Program-made: the position numbers and the translations under genes
Shown here: in pieces, positions 8,068 to 15,044 of the stretch
How the letters are laid out: every line of letters starts with the position of its first letter
How positions within the stretch are numbered: the first letter of the stretch is position 1
The notes under the pieces: model-generated
Told to the model about the DNA's origin: nothing
Seen by the model: the letters and a program-made list of their open reading frames with translations, nothing else
Databases searched by the model: none
NCBI GenBank assembly: GCA_004284765.1
Contig: NQJD01000007.1
Span: 1 to 32,000, forward strand
Length of the DNA stretch: 32,000 bases
Direction of reading: 5' to 3'
Source of the DNA: Candidatus Electronema aureum
GTDB taxonomy: Bacteria; Desulfobacterota; Desulfobulbia; Desulfobulbales; Desulfobulbaceae

Positions 8068-8673
8068 TTAAAGTAAGGATGCGGGCTGGAGGCTATCGAG
8101 CTTGGCTACTGTTTTTTCATCAAGGAGCTGAAGCGCACTGTTCCAAGGCACCTGCATGACCAAGGAGAGGCCGAAGGTTTCTTTGAATAGCTCTTCCAGC
8201 AAAGCCAGCGGCTTGCGGCCATTAGAGAAAAACAGCACAGTCCCTTTCTGCACGTTCCAGCAGAAGTCATAGACCGCAGGCACAGGCGGTGATTTCCGCA
8301 TCAGCTCGGTCTTGATCCTCTCCTTGATCTCTAAGCGGACAGTACGACTGAGGCGGCGTAGTTCCTTTTCCTCTTTAATCCTCGCTTCTTCCTTGGTTGC
8401 GAACTTTTTCAGCACCGCACCGGAAACCTTGCGCTCATCCACCCGCAGAGAAAGCACCACGTAGTCGCCAGCAGCATAGGAGCCGTAGGCAAATCTGGAG
8501 TCAAACATATCGCCGACTGAGACCCAACCGATGGAGAGTTCGTCAAGGGTATCGTCGATGTCCTTGAAACTGTGCTTCGTCACTTGCTCCGCAATGAAAT
8601 CCCAGGTATTGTCGGGAAGCTCGCCTTCCACCGTGAACCGGGTGAAGGATGCGCTACCTGCTAAGAGACCCAT
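8068..8673 (-). CDS. RdgC-like protein, N-terminal-half homolog
   Basis: MGLLAGSASFTRF...IGWVS...VLSLRVDERKV...KKF...RRLSRTVRLEIKERIKTELMRKSPP...GTVLFFS...LLEELFKETFG follows the order of conserved blocks in the first ~190 aa of RdgC (PF04381-like). Recognition is from memory, not an HMM search. Confidence 0.6.
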   Translation of the reverse strand: MGLLAGSASFTRFTVEGELPDNTWDFIAEQVTKHSFKDIDDTLDELSIGWVSVGDMFDSRFAYGSYAAGDYVVLSLRVDERKVSGAVLKKFATKEEARIKEEKELRRLSRTVRLEIKERIKTELMRKSPPVPAVYDFCWNVQKGTVLFFSNGRKPLALLEELFKETFGLSLVMQVPWNSALQLLDEKTVAKLDSLQPASLL

Positions 8674-8836
8674 ATATAACTTGTCCTTTTCAGAAAAGAT
8701 GTGTTCGGCCCGAGAAAGGGCCGCCAGAAAGAAATCCGTCCCGAACCTTATAACAAAGAACTGCGCGAGGCAACAGGGAAGTGCAAGAGAGAGAGGGCAA
8801 GCTGCACCTCAATTTTCCTCAGCTCCCCGGATACTG

Positions 8837-9775
8837 CTATCGGGGATTGGCCGCAGGAGGTGCGGGTTGGCTGGCGCGTAGCTGGGCCAGTTCATCCAAC
8901 CACTGCTGCATCTTCTTGGCATAGGGATGCTGCATCGCCCCCATTTCCTGATACAGACTCAGACTCTGCTTCCAAGCTGCTTCCGCCTTGTCGATCTCGC
9001 CCTGTATTCCATACACAATGCCCAGATTGCCGTAGTCGTTTGCCATGCCTTTCTTGTTGCCCAATACTTGTTCAATCTCAAGGCTCTTCCTGTACATCTC
9101 CTCGGCCTTGTCCAGCTTGTCGCGTGTCCGATACACAAGGCCCAGATTGCCGAGAGCCACTGCCTGCACCTCTTTATCCTGATGCGCTTCACCCAAGGCC
9201 AGCACTTTGCGAAAGGCATCTTCCGCCTGCGCCAGCTCCTCTTTGCGGACGAGCAGAAGCCCAAGCATGTTCCAGCCGTCCGCATTGTCCGGGTCAAGCT
9301 GCACCGCCTTCTGGTAGGCAGCCAAGGCCTCTTTGGGGTTGTTCATATACGCCAATGCGCCCAAGTGGCGGGCGGCTGCCGCTGCTTCCGTGTTGGCCTT
9401 CTGCCCTTCCGCCTCCTTGCTGCGCAGTACCTCAGCAAAGATGGCCTGCGCCTTGGCAGTGTGGCCCTGCTGCAATGCTTGCAAGGCATCGTTGATGCTT
9501 GCAGCGGACGCGCCAGTCTTGGACAAGGCGGTGATTGCTTCAGTCAGGGCCTTGTTCTGCTCATCCTTGGCCTCAAGCTGCTGCCTAACCAGCTCTCGTG
9601 CCATCTTGACGACCTCCTCCGATGACATGCCGTAGGTCACAGTCACATTGCCGGTGTTGGAGAAGATGTTACCGTCTCCGCGTACCTCCTGCGTGACGTT
9701 CTCCTGCTTGCCAGTAGCGTGGTCGCCTTGAGCTATGTTCTGCTCGCCGCCCTTGCTGTCAAATGTGTCTCCCAT
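8837..9775 (-). CDS. TPR-repeat protein with Gly/Asn/Thr-rich soluble N-terminal module
   Basis: At least five 34-aa TPR units (e.g. AVALGNLGLVYRTRDKLDKAEEMYRKSLEI, MANDYGNLGIVYGIQGEIDKAEAAWKQSLSL). The N-terminus is MGDTFDSKGGEQNIAQGDHATGKQENV...GNVTVTYG. Confidence 0.85.
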   Translation of the reverse strand: MGDTFDSKGGEQNIAQGDHATGKQENVTQEVRGDGNIFSNTGNVTVTYGMSSEEVVKMARELVRQQLEAKDEQNKALTEAITALSKTGASAASINDALQALQQGHTAKAQAIFAEVLRSKEAEGQKANTEAAAAARHLGALAYMNNPKEALAAYQKAVQLDPDNADGWNMLGLLLVRKEELAQAEDAFRKVLALGEAHQDKEVQAVALGNLGLVYRTRDKLDKAEEMYRKSLEIEQVLGNKKGMANDYGNLGIVYGIQGEIDKAEAAWKQSLSLYQEMGAMQHPYAKKMQQWLDELAQLRASQPAPPAANPR

Positions 9776-9822
9776 CTTGTTTCCTTTGCTACTGTTGCTT
9801 GCTTACACAATCCCCAGCTTGC
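9773..9822 (-). repeat. junction repeat copy A (3' end of TPR-262 + RBS + ATG of TPR-312)
   Basis: A 24-nt core, TTGCTTACACAATCCCCAGCTTGC (9799-9822), is identical to 10609-10632. The flanking ~20 nt are about 70-80% similar. Confidence 0.85.
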
Positions 9823-10591
9823 CGAGGGCCGCTGCCTGCTCATCTTGGTTCTGATGCGCTTCAGCCAAGGCCAGCACTTTGCGGTATGCTTCTTCTGCCT
9901 GCGCCAGCTCCCCTGTGCGGCAAAACAGATGACCAAGCCAAGTCCAGCCAGCCGCATTGTCCGGGTCAAGCTGCACTGCCTTCTGGTAGGCAGCCAAGGC
10001 CGCTTTGGTGTCGTTCATATAAGCCAATGCGCCCAAGTGCCGGGCTGCTGCGGCTGCTTCCTTGTTCGCCTTTTGCCCTTCCGCCTCCTTGCTTCTCAGC
10101 ACCTCAGCAAAGATGGCTTGCGCCTGTGTGGTGTTGCCTTGCTCCAATTCCTGCAAGGCTTCGTTGATGCTTTTGACGGGCGCGCCAGTCTTGGACAAAG
10201 CTGTGATTGCTTCAGTGAGGGCTTTGAGCTGCTGATTTTTATCCGCTATCTGCCGGTCTTTCACGTCCAACTGCGCAAAAAGTCGCTCGGCTGTCTTGCC
10301 CGCATCAACCGAGACAATCTTCTCCTTTTCCATGTAGCTGTTCCAAGCAGATAAACCAATGCCTGAGAACTGGAGCAGAAAGCCCGCCAGCACCAAGACC
10401 AGCCCCAGCCAGAAGCCGTAGCGGAGAATCAGCTTGAGTATCTCGCTGCCGTCTTTCTTGCTTACTTGCGGTAGCAGCCCAGACTTCACAATCTCTTTGT
10501 GCATACCAAAAACCAGCATCAGCACAAAGCCCACCAGCGCCAGCGGGTGGGTGAGATACTGCGCTACTTTGGAAAAGCCTGTGATGTCCAT
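9803..10591 (-). CDS. membrane-anchored TPR protein (about 3 predicted TM helices), C-terminally truncated paralog of 8837-9775
   Basis: Hydrophobic segments are LALVGFVLMLVFG and FWLGLVLVLAGFLLQF. Residues ~123-261 are highly similar to residues ~75-208 of the neighbour. It ends LGKLGIV* in the middle of a TPR unit, where the paralog continues LGNLGLVYRTR. Confidence 0.8.
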   Translation of the reverse strand: MDITGFSKVAQYLTHPLALVGFVLMLVFGMHKEIVKSGLLPQVSKKDGSEILKLILRYGFWLGLVLVLAGFLLQFSGIGLSAWNSYMEKEKIVSVDAGKTAERLFAQLDVKDRQIADKNQQLKALTEAITALSKTGAPVKSINEALQELEQGNTTQAQAIFAEVLRSKEAEGQKANKEAAAAARHLGALAYMNDTKAALAAYQKAVQLDPDNAAGWTWLGHLFCRTGELAQAEEAYRKVLALAEAHQNQDEQAAALGKLGIV

Positions 10592-10632
10592 TTGTTTGCT
10601 CCTGTTATTTGCTTACACAATCCCCAGCTTGC
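10589..10632 (-). repeat. junction repeat copy B (3' end of higA + RBS + ATG of TPR-262)
   Basis: Same 24-nt core at 10609-10632, 810 bp from copy A. It encodes the last residues KLGIV* of HigA. Confidence 0.85.
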
Positions 10633-10894
10633 AGCCTAATGCCTCAACCACCTTTCTGACCGTCTCAAACTTCGGCGAGCTGCCCTGCGCCAAGGCTTTG
10701 TAGAGATTCTGGCGGCTGAGATTGGCCTTCTTGGCTATTTCGCTGATGCCCTGCGCTTTGGCCACCTGCCCAATGGCCATCATCAGCTGCTCGCTGTCGC
10801 CTTCCTCAAAGGAAACCTTGAGGTATTCACGGATCATCTCTGGGCTGTCGAGATATTCAACTGCATCCCATGTTCTCGTGGTTGTTTTATTCAT
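10613..10894 (-). CDS. higA: HigA-family addiction-module antidote protein (HTH, TIGR02684-like)
   Basis: WDAVEYLDSPEMIREYLKVSFEEGD...IAKKANLSRQNLYKAL...PKFETVRKVVEALG is the typical pattern of this antitoxin family. ATG 10894 overlaps the toxin stop by 8 nt. Confidence 0.85.
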   Translation of the reverse strand: MNKTTTRTWDAVEYLDSPEMIREYLKVSFEEGDSEQLMMAIGQVAKAQGISEIAKKANLSRQNLYKALAQGSSPKFETVRKVVEALGCKLGIV

Positions 10895-11195
10895 GATCTT
10901 GCTCCAATTCTTCCATGATGGCTTTTGCCCGTTCAATGTCTTTGCTCTGGCTGGATTTATCGCCGCCGCAGAGGAGGAAAACAACTTTGCACGCTCTTAT
11001 GGTGTAGTAAGCGCGGAAGCCGGGGCCGAAAAAGAAACGCAGCTCAAATAGCCCGTCTCCCAGATTTTTGTGATCACCAAAGCTGCCAAGCTGAATCCTG
11101 TCAAAACGGCTGATGATTCTTGCCCGGAAGGTGATGTCTTTGATGCCAGCCAGCCATCTGTCAAAGACATTGGTTGTCTCAATTTCGTATTTCAT
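10887..11195 (-). CDS. higB: HigB/RelE-superfamily addiction-module killer protein (TIGR02683-like)
   Basis: FDRWLAGIKD...ARIISRFDRIQLGSFGDHKNLGDGLFELRFFFGPGFRAYY...LLCGGDKSSQSKDIERAK matches the conserved pattern of this toxin family. Toxin-first order is typical of hig loci. ATG 11195 is preferred over TTG 11222. Confidence 0.85.
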   Translation of the reverse strand: MKYEIETTNVFDRWLAGIKDITFRARIISRFDRIQLGSFGDHKNLGDGLFELRFFFGPGFRAYYTIRACKVVFLLCGGDKSSQSKDIERAKAIMEELEQDHE

Positions 11196-11242
11196 CTGTT
11201 GACTGTCGCATGGAAGAGACAAGTTGTCAAGAATGCCAGCCG

Positions 11243-11284
11243 CAAAACACAGCGGGCCGGAAAGAGATTCCTCCCTTCCGGCCC
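11243..11284 (-). terminator. intrinsic terminator of fhs
   Basis: GGGCCGGAA (11254-11262) pairs with TTCCGGCCC (11276-11284). On the minus strand the hairpin is followed by GCTGTGTTTTG. Confidence 0.7.
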
Positions 11285-11311
11285 GTTCAGTGCTTCGTAT
11301 GCGGCAGCTTC

Positions 11312-13075
11312 TTAGAACACGCCCTTCACCTTGCCGGTCTCCACATCCACATCAATGCGGCGATAGGCGGGATCAGAAGCCGTGCCCGGCATCAGGGTGA
11401 TTGCCCCTGCCACCGGCACGACAAAGCCTGCGCCCTTGTAAGTGAGGATGTCGCGGATGGGCAGCGTCCAGCCTTTGGGCGCGCCTTTCAGCTTCGGGTC
11501 GTGCGAGAGCGAGAGATGCGTCTTGACCATGCAGGTGGTCATCTGCTTCATCTCCGGGTCTGCCTCCAGCCGCTTCAGCTTGGCCTGCGCTTCCGGGGTG
11601 TAGCTCACGCCGTCGCCACCATAGACTTCTTTCACAATCAGCTCGATGCGCTTGGAGAGCGGGGTCTCTAAGTCGTAGAGGAACTTGAAATCGTTCGGCT
11701 CCTCGCAGGCATCAATAACCGCGTCGGCGAACTCCAGTGCCCCGTCGCCGCCGTACTGCCAATGCTTGGACAGCGCCACACGAGCACCCGCTGCCTCGCA
11801 GATCCGGCGCACGGCCTTGGTCTCGTTGTCGCTGTCCGTGTAGAAGGCGTTGATGCAGACCACCGGGTTGATGCCCGCCTTCTTCACGGTCTCAATGTGA
11901 TGAATCAGGTTCTCGCAGCCCTTCTCGACCCAGCCCACGTTCTCGCCTTTGTACTCCTCCGGCATCGGCCGGCCTGGCACAGGGATGGGCGCACCTCCGT
12001 GGCACTTGAGCGCACGGATGGTTGCGACAACTACGGCGCAGTTCGGCTTGAGGCCGGAGTAACGGCACTTGAGGTTCCAGAACTTCTCGAAGCCGATGTC
12101 TGCGCCAAAGCCAGACTCGGTGATGTTGTAGTCTGCCAACTTGAGAGCAACGCGGTCGGCAATGACCGAGGATTGACCAATAGCGATGTTGGCGAACGGC
12201 CCGGCGTGAACAATCACCGGCTGCCCTTCAATGGTCTGCATCAGGTTGGGGTTGATCGCATCCACCATCCACGCAGTCATTGCCCCTGCCACATCCAAGT
12301 CCGTGGCGGTGATCGGCCTGTCTTGCTTGTCATAGGCCATTACCATCCTGCCGATACGCTCACGCATATCTTTCAGGTCTTTGGCAATGGAGAGGATAGC
12401 CATGATCTCGGAGCTAACCGCGATGTTGAAGCCGGACTGCATGGTCATGCCGTCTGAGGTGCCGCCAAGACCGATGGTGATGTTGCGCAGAGCTTGAGCG
12501 CAGTAGTCCATGATCCAGCGGAACTCTACCTTCTTCGGGTGGATGTCGAGACGGCGCAGGCCGCGCTGACTCAGCTGCTCGTCGGTATAGTTGCTCTCAT
12601 GCTGCATACGGGACGTGAGCGCGACCATGCCGAGGTTGTGGGCGTTCATGATCGCGTTGATGTCGCCGGTCATGCCCAGCGAGAAGGGCGTGAGCGGCAC
12701 ACACTGCGACAGGCCGCCGCCTGCTGCCGAGCCTTTGATGTTCATGGTCGGGCCGCCGGATGGCTGACGGATGGCACCAACCACCGACTTGCCGCGCTTT
12801 CCCATGCCCTGCACCAAGCCCATCGAGCAGGTGGATTTCCCTTCACCCAGCGGGGTCGGGGTGATGGCGGTCACATCAATGTACTTGCCGTCGGGCTTGT
12901 CCTTCAGCCGCTCAAGGATGGCGCGGTAGTCCAACTTGGCTAAATAATGACCGTGCGGCAGCAGCTCCTTCTTGTCCAAGCCGAGCTTCTCACTCAGCTC
13001 ATAGACGGTTTTCATGTTGCCTTCAGCGGCTTCAGCGATTTCCCAGTCAGCGTGTTTGGTGGGATCCAAGGGCAT
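11312..13075 (-). CDS. fhs: formate--tetrahydrofolate ligase
   Basis: Full-length (587 aa) match by eye to FTHFS: [56 protein letters not shown]. Confidence 0.95.
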   Translation of the reverse strand: MPLDPTKHADWEIAEAAEGNMKTVYELSEKLGLDKKELLPHGHYLAKLDYRAILERLKDKPDGKYIDVTAITPTPLGEGKSTCSMGLVQGMGKRGKSVVGAIRQPSGGPTMNIKGSAAGGGLSQCVPLTPFSLGMTGDINAIMNAHNLGMVALTSRMQHESNYTDEQLSQRGLRRLDIHPKKVEFRWIMDYCAQALRNITIGLGGTSDGMTMQSGFNIAVSSEIMAILSIAKDLKDMRERIGRMVMAYDKQDRPITATDLDVAGAMTAWMVDAINPNLMQTIEGQPVIVHAGPFANIAIGQSSVIADRVALKLADYNITESGFGADIGFEKFWNLKCRYSGLKPNCAVVVATIRALKCHGGAPIPVPGRPMPEEYKGENVGWVEKGCENLIHHIETVKKAGINPVVCINAFYTDSDNETKAVRRICEAAGARVALSKHWQYGGDGALEFADAVIDACEEPNDFKFLYDLETPLSKRIELIVKEVYGGDGVSYTPEAQAKLKRLEADPEMKQMTTCMVKTHLSLSHDPKLKGAPKGWTLPIRDILTYKGAGFVVPVAGAITLMPGTASDPAYRRIDVDVETGKVKGVF

Positions 13076-13184
13076 GGCGGTTCTCCTGTGTGAAAGAAAT
13101 TAAAGGGATTGAAGACTGCAAATTTCAGAGCATATAAGAAGCGCACCAGAGCTGGTGCGGTGCAGGCAATAGTACGAATACACC

Positions 13185-13213
13185 TTGATAGCAGGTTTAG
13201 AACGTACTGTCAA
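13185..13213 (-). promoter_or_regulatory. candidate sigma70 promoter of fhs
   Basis: Minus strand reads TTGACA (13213-13208), 17-nt spacer, TATCAA (13190-13185). This leaves a leader of about 105 nt containing the hairpin 13142-13159. Confidence 0.5.
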
Positions 13214-13249
13214 GGAGTAGCAGTACCCAGCCGGAGGGGATGAATTGAA

Positions 13250-13433
13250 TCGCCGGAGCCTGGCGGAATTTGTCGAGTGAGGCAATGTAAGAGACTCGAG
13301 CGAGAGAAGCACCGAGTGTCGAGCGAGGGCAGGAGAGAGACTCGCTCGAGTCTCTTGCAAAACGTCGGGCGAGGAATTTTGAAAACGTCGCTCGATACAT
13401 CAGGAAGGCGTGCCGGGGCGGAATATATCTTGT
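13250..13433. repeat. phased array of degenerate 23-bp units, each starting with TCG (core TCGAGCGAG)
   Basis: Units start at 13273, 13296, 13319, 13342, 13365 and 13388 (exact 23-bp register): TCGAGTGAG, TCGAGCGAG, TCGAGCGAG, TCGCTCGAG, TCGGGCGAG, TCGCTCGAT. The flanking units at 13250 and 13411 share GCCGG.G..GGCGGAAT. A 16-bp perfect inverted repeat is embedded at 13289-13304 / 13341-13356. Confidence 0.7.
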
Positions 13434-13555
13434 CCTGACAACAAAGACATAAATTAGTTGCCGAACAGAGGACAGCACGTTATATCAAAGAAGACGATTG
13501 ACGGCAGGCCGTGATGCCCGGACATCCGAGATTCCTCACACCTTGAAATAACGCC

Positions 13556-15016
13556 ATGATTCTGAAAAACACCCACCTGCTTCGTAGCCGCTGCTTTATC
13601 GGCGGCGCATGGACAGACGGCGCGGCAGGGAAAACTATTGAAGTCCGTAATCCCGCTACCGGAGAGCTACTCGGTACGGTGCCATCTTTGGGCCGTGAAG
13701 AAACCCGACAGGCGATTGCCGCCGCCGAAGCAGCGTGGCCCGGCTGGAAAAACCGTACCGCCCATGAGCGCAGCCGCCTCATCCGCCGCTGGTATGATCT
13801 GATCATCGAACATCAGCGCGATCTGGCTGTGATTATGACTGCCGAGCAGGGCAAGCCGCTGGCTGAATCGCTGGGTGAAATACTGTACGGGGCCAGCTTT
13901 GTTGAGTGGTTTGCCGAGGAAGCCAAGCGGGTCTATGGCGACACGATTCCTATGGCTCAACCGGGCAAACGGATCATCGTGATTAAACAGCCGATAGGAA
14001 TCTGTGCCGCAATCACGCCGTGGAACTTCCCTTCTTCCATGATTACTCGCAAGGTCGCCCCGGCTTTGGCCGCAGGTTGTCCGGTGGTAGTCAAGCCCGC
14101 TGCCCAAACGCCTTTCTCGGCCTTGGCCTTGGCTGTGCTGGCTGAGGAAGCCGGACTGCCGCCGGGCGTGTTCAATGTCCTCACTGGCCCAGCGCGAGAG
14201 ATCGGCAGCGAGCTAACCTCCAACCCAGCTGTGCGTAAGCTGAGTTTTACCGGCTCCACCGAAGTCGGCAAGGTGCTGATGCGTCAATGCGCAGACACAG
14301 TGAAAAAAGTCTCATTAGAGCTGGGCGGCCATGCGCCTTTCATTGTCTTTGACGACGCTGATCTGGATGCGGCAGTTGCCGGGGCAATTGCTTCCAAATA
14401 CCGCAATTCAGGCCAGACCTGCGTCTGTGCCAATCGTTTTATTATTCAGAAAGGCATCTATAAGACCTTTGCCGAACGACTGATCAAGGCCGTGACTGAA
14501 CAACTCCGGGTGGGTAATGGTTTTGACGAAGGCGTAACCCAAGGGCCGCTGATTGATCTTAACGCTGTGTTAAAGATGGAGCATCAAATTAAAGATGCGC
14601 TGGATAAAGGGGCGCGTTTAGGTTGCGGCGGCAAGAGGGTGGGCGAGGCAGGCTTTTTCTTTGAGCCGACGGTTCTACTCGACGTGACTCCAGATATGCT
14701 GATCGCCCACGAGGAGACCTTCGGCCCGATTGCGCCGCTCTTCTCCTTTGCTACAGAAGAGGAAGCGGTTGCCTTGGCCAACGATACGCCCTACGGCTTG
14801 GCTTCTTACTTTTTCAGCCGTGACATCGGCAAGTGCTGGCGAGTGGCTGAAAATCTCGAATACGGCATGGTGGGTATCAACACTGGCATTATGTCCACCG
14901 AGTCTGCACCTTTTGGCGGCATTAAGGAATCTGGCATCGGACGGGAAGGTTCAAAGTACGGAATTGAGGAGTATTTAGAGCTGAAATACCTGTGTTTGGG
15001 AGGAATTGAAAGGTAA
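13556..15016 (+). CDS. gabD: NAD(P)+-dependent succinate-semialdehyde dehydrogenase (aldehyde dehydrogenase family)
   Basis: ALDH catalytic blocks ELGGHAP and FRNSGQTCVCANR, plus the GabD-like N-terminus FIGGAWTD...IEVRNPATGE...GTVP. Substrate assignment rests on overall resemblance only. Confidence 0.85.
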   Translation: MILKNTHLLRSRCFIGGAWTDGAAGKTIEVRNPATGELLGTVPSLGREETRQAIAAAEAAWPGWKNRTAHERSRLIRRWYDLIIEHQRDLAVIMTAEQGKPLAESLGEILYGASFVEWFAEEAKRVYGDTIPMAQPGKRIIVIKQPIGICAAITPWNFPSSMITRKVAPALAAGCPVVVKPAAQTPFSALALAVLAEEAGLPPGVFNVLTGPAREIGSELTSNPAVRKLSFTGSTEVGKVLMRQCADTVKKVSLELGGHAPFIVFDDADLDAAVAGAIASKYRNSGQTCVCANRFIIQKGIYKTFAERLIKAVTEQLRVGNGFDEGVTQGPLIDLNAVLKMEHQIKDALDKGARLGCGGKRVGEAGFFFEPTVLLDVTPDMLIAHEETFGPIAPLFSFATEEEAVALANDTPYGLASYFFSRDIGKCWRVAENLEYGMVGINTGIMSTESAPFGGIKESGIGREGSKYGIEEYLELKYLCLGGIER

Positions 15017-15044
15017 TCTGTTAGAGATAACTGCAATCCGTCTC

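Noticed and set aside
8701-10354. Long plus-strand ORFs (8701-9495, 8927-9625, 9333-9635, 9719-10354, 9763-10167), including a 264-aa Pro/Arg/Cys-rich ORF
   Set aside because: They are antisense to the strongly supported TPR genes, have low-complexity composition, lack RBSs, and mirror the TPR duplication. They are shadow ORFs of GC-rich repeat codons.
11174-12943. Plus-strand ORFs of 149-231 aa inside the fhs region
   Set aside because: They are antisense to a full-length, highly conserved formate-THF ligase. They are Arg/Gly/His-rich with no recognisable motifs.
13076-13184. Possible ZTP (pfl-motif) or THF riboswitch in the fhs leader, since fhs is a classical ZTP-regulated gene
   Set aside because: I could not find the conserved GACUGGCG and CCGCCUGGGC elements on the minus strand. 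There is only a short hairpin (13142-13159) followed by UUCUUAUAU, which may be a weak attenuator. An Infernal/Rfam scan would be decisive.
13273-13410. The 23-bp phased repeats considered as a miniature CRISPR array
   Set aside because: The conserved part is only about 9 nt and the units are degenerate. Some units are inverted, there are no cas genes, and the repeat and spacer sizes are far below CRISPR norms.
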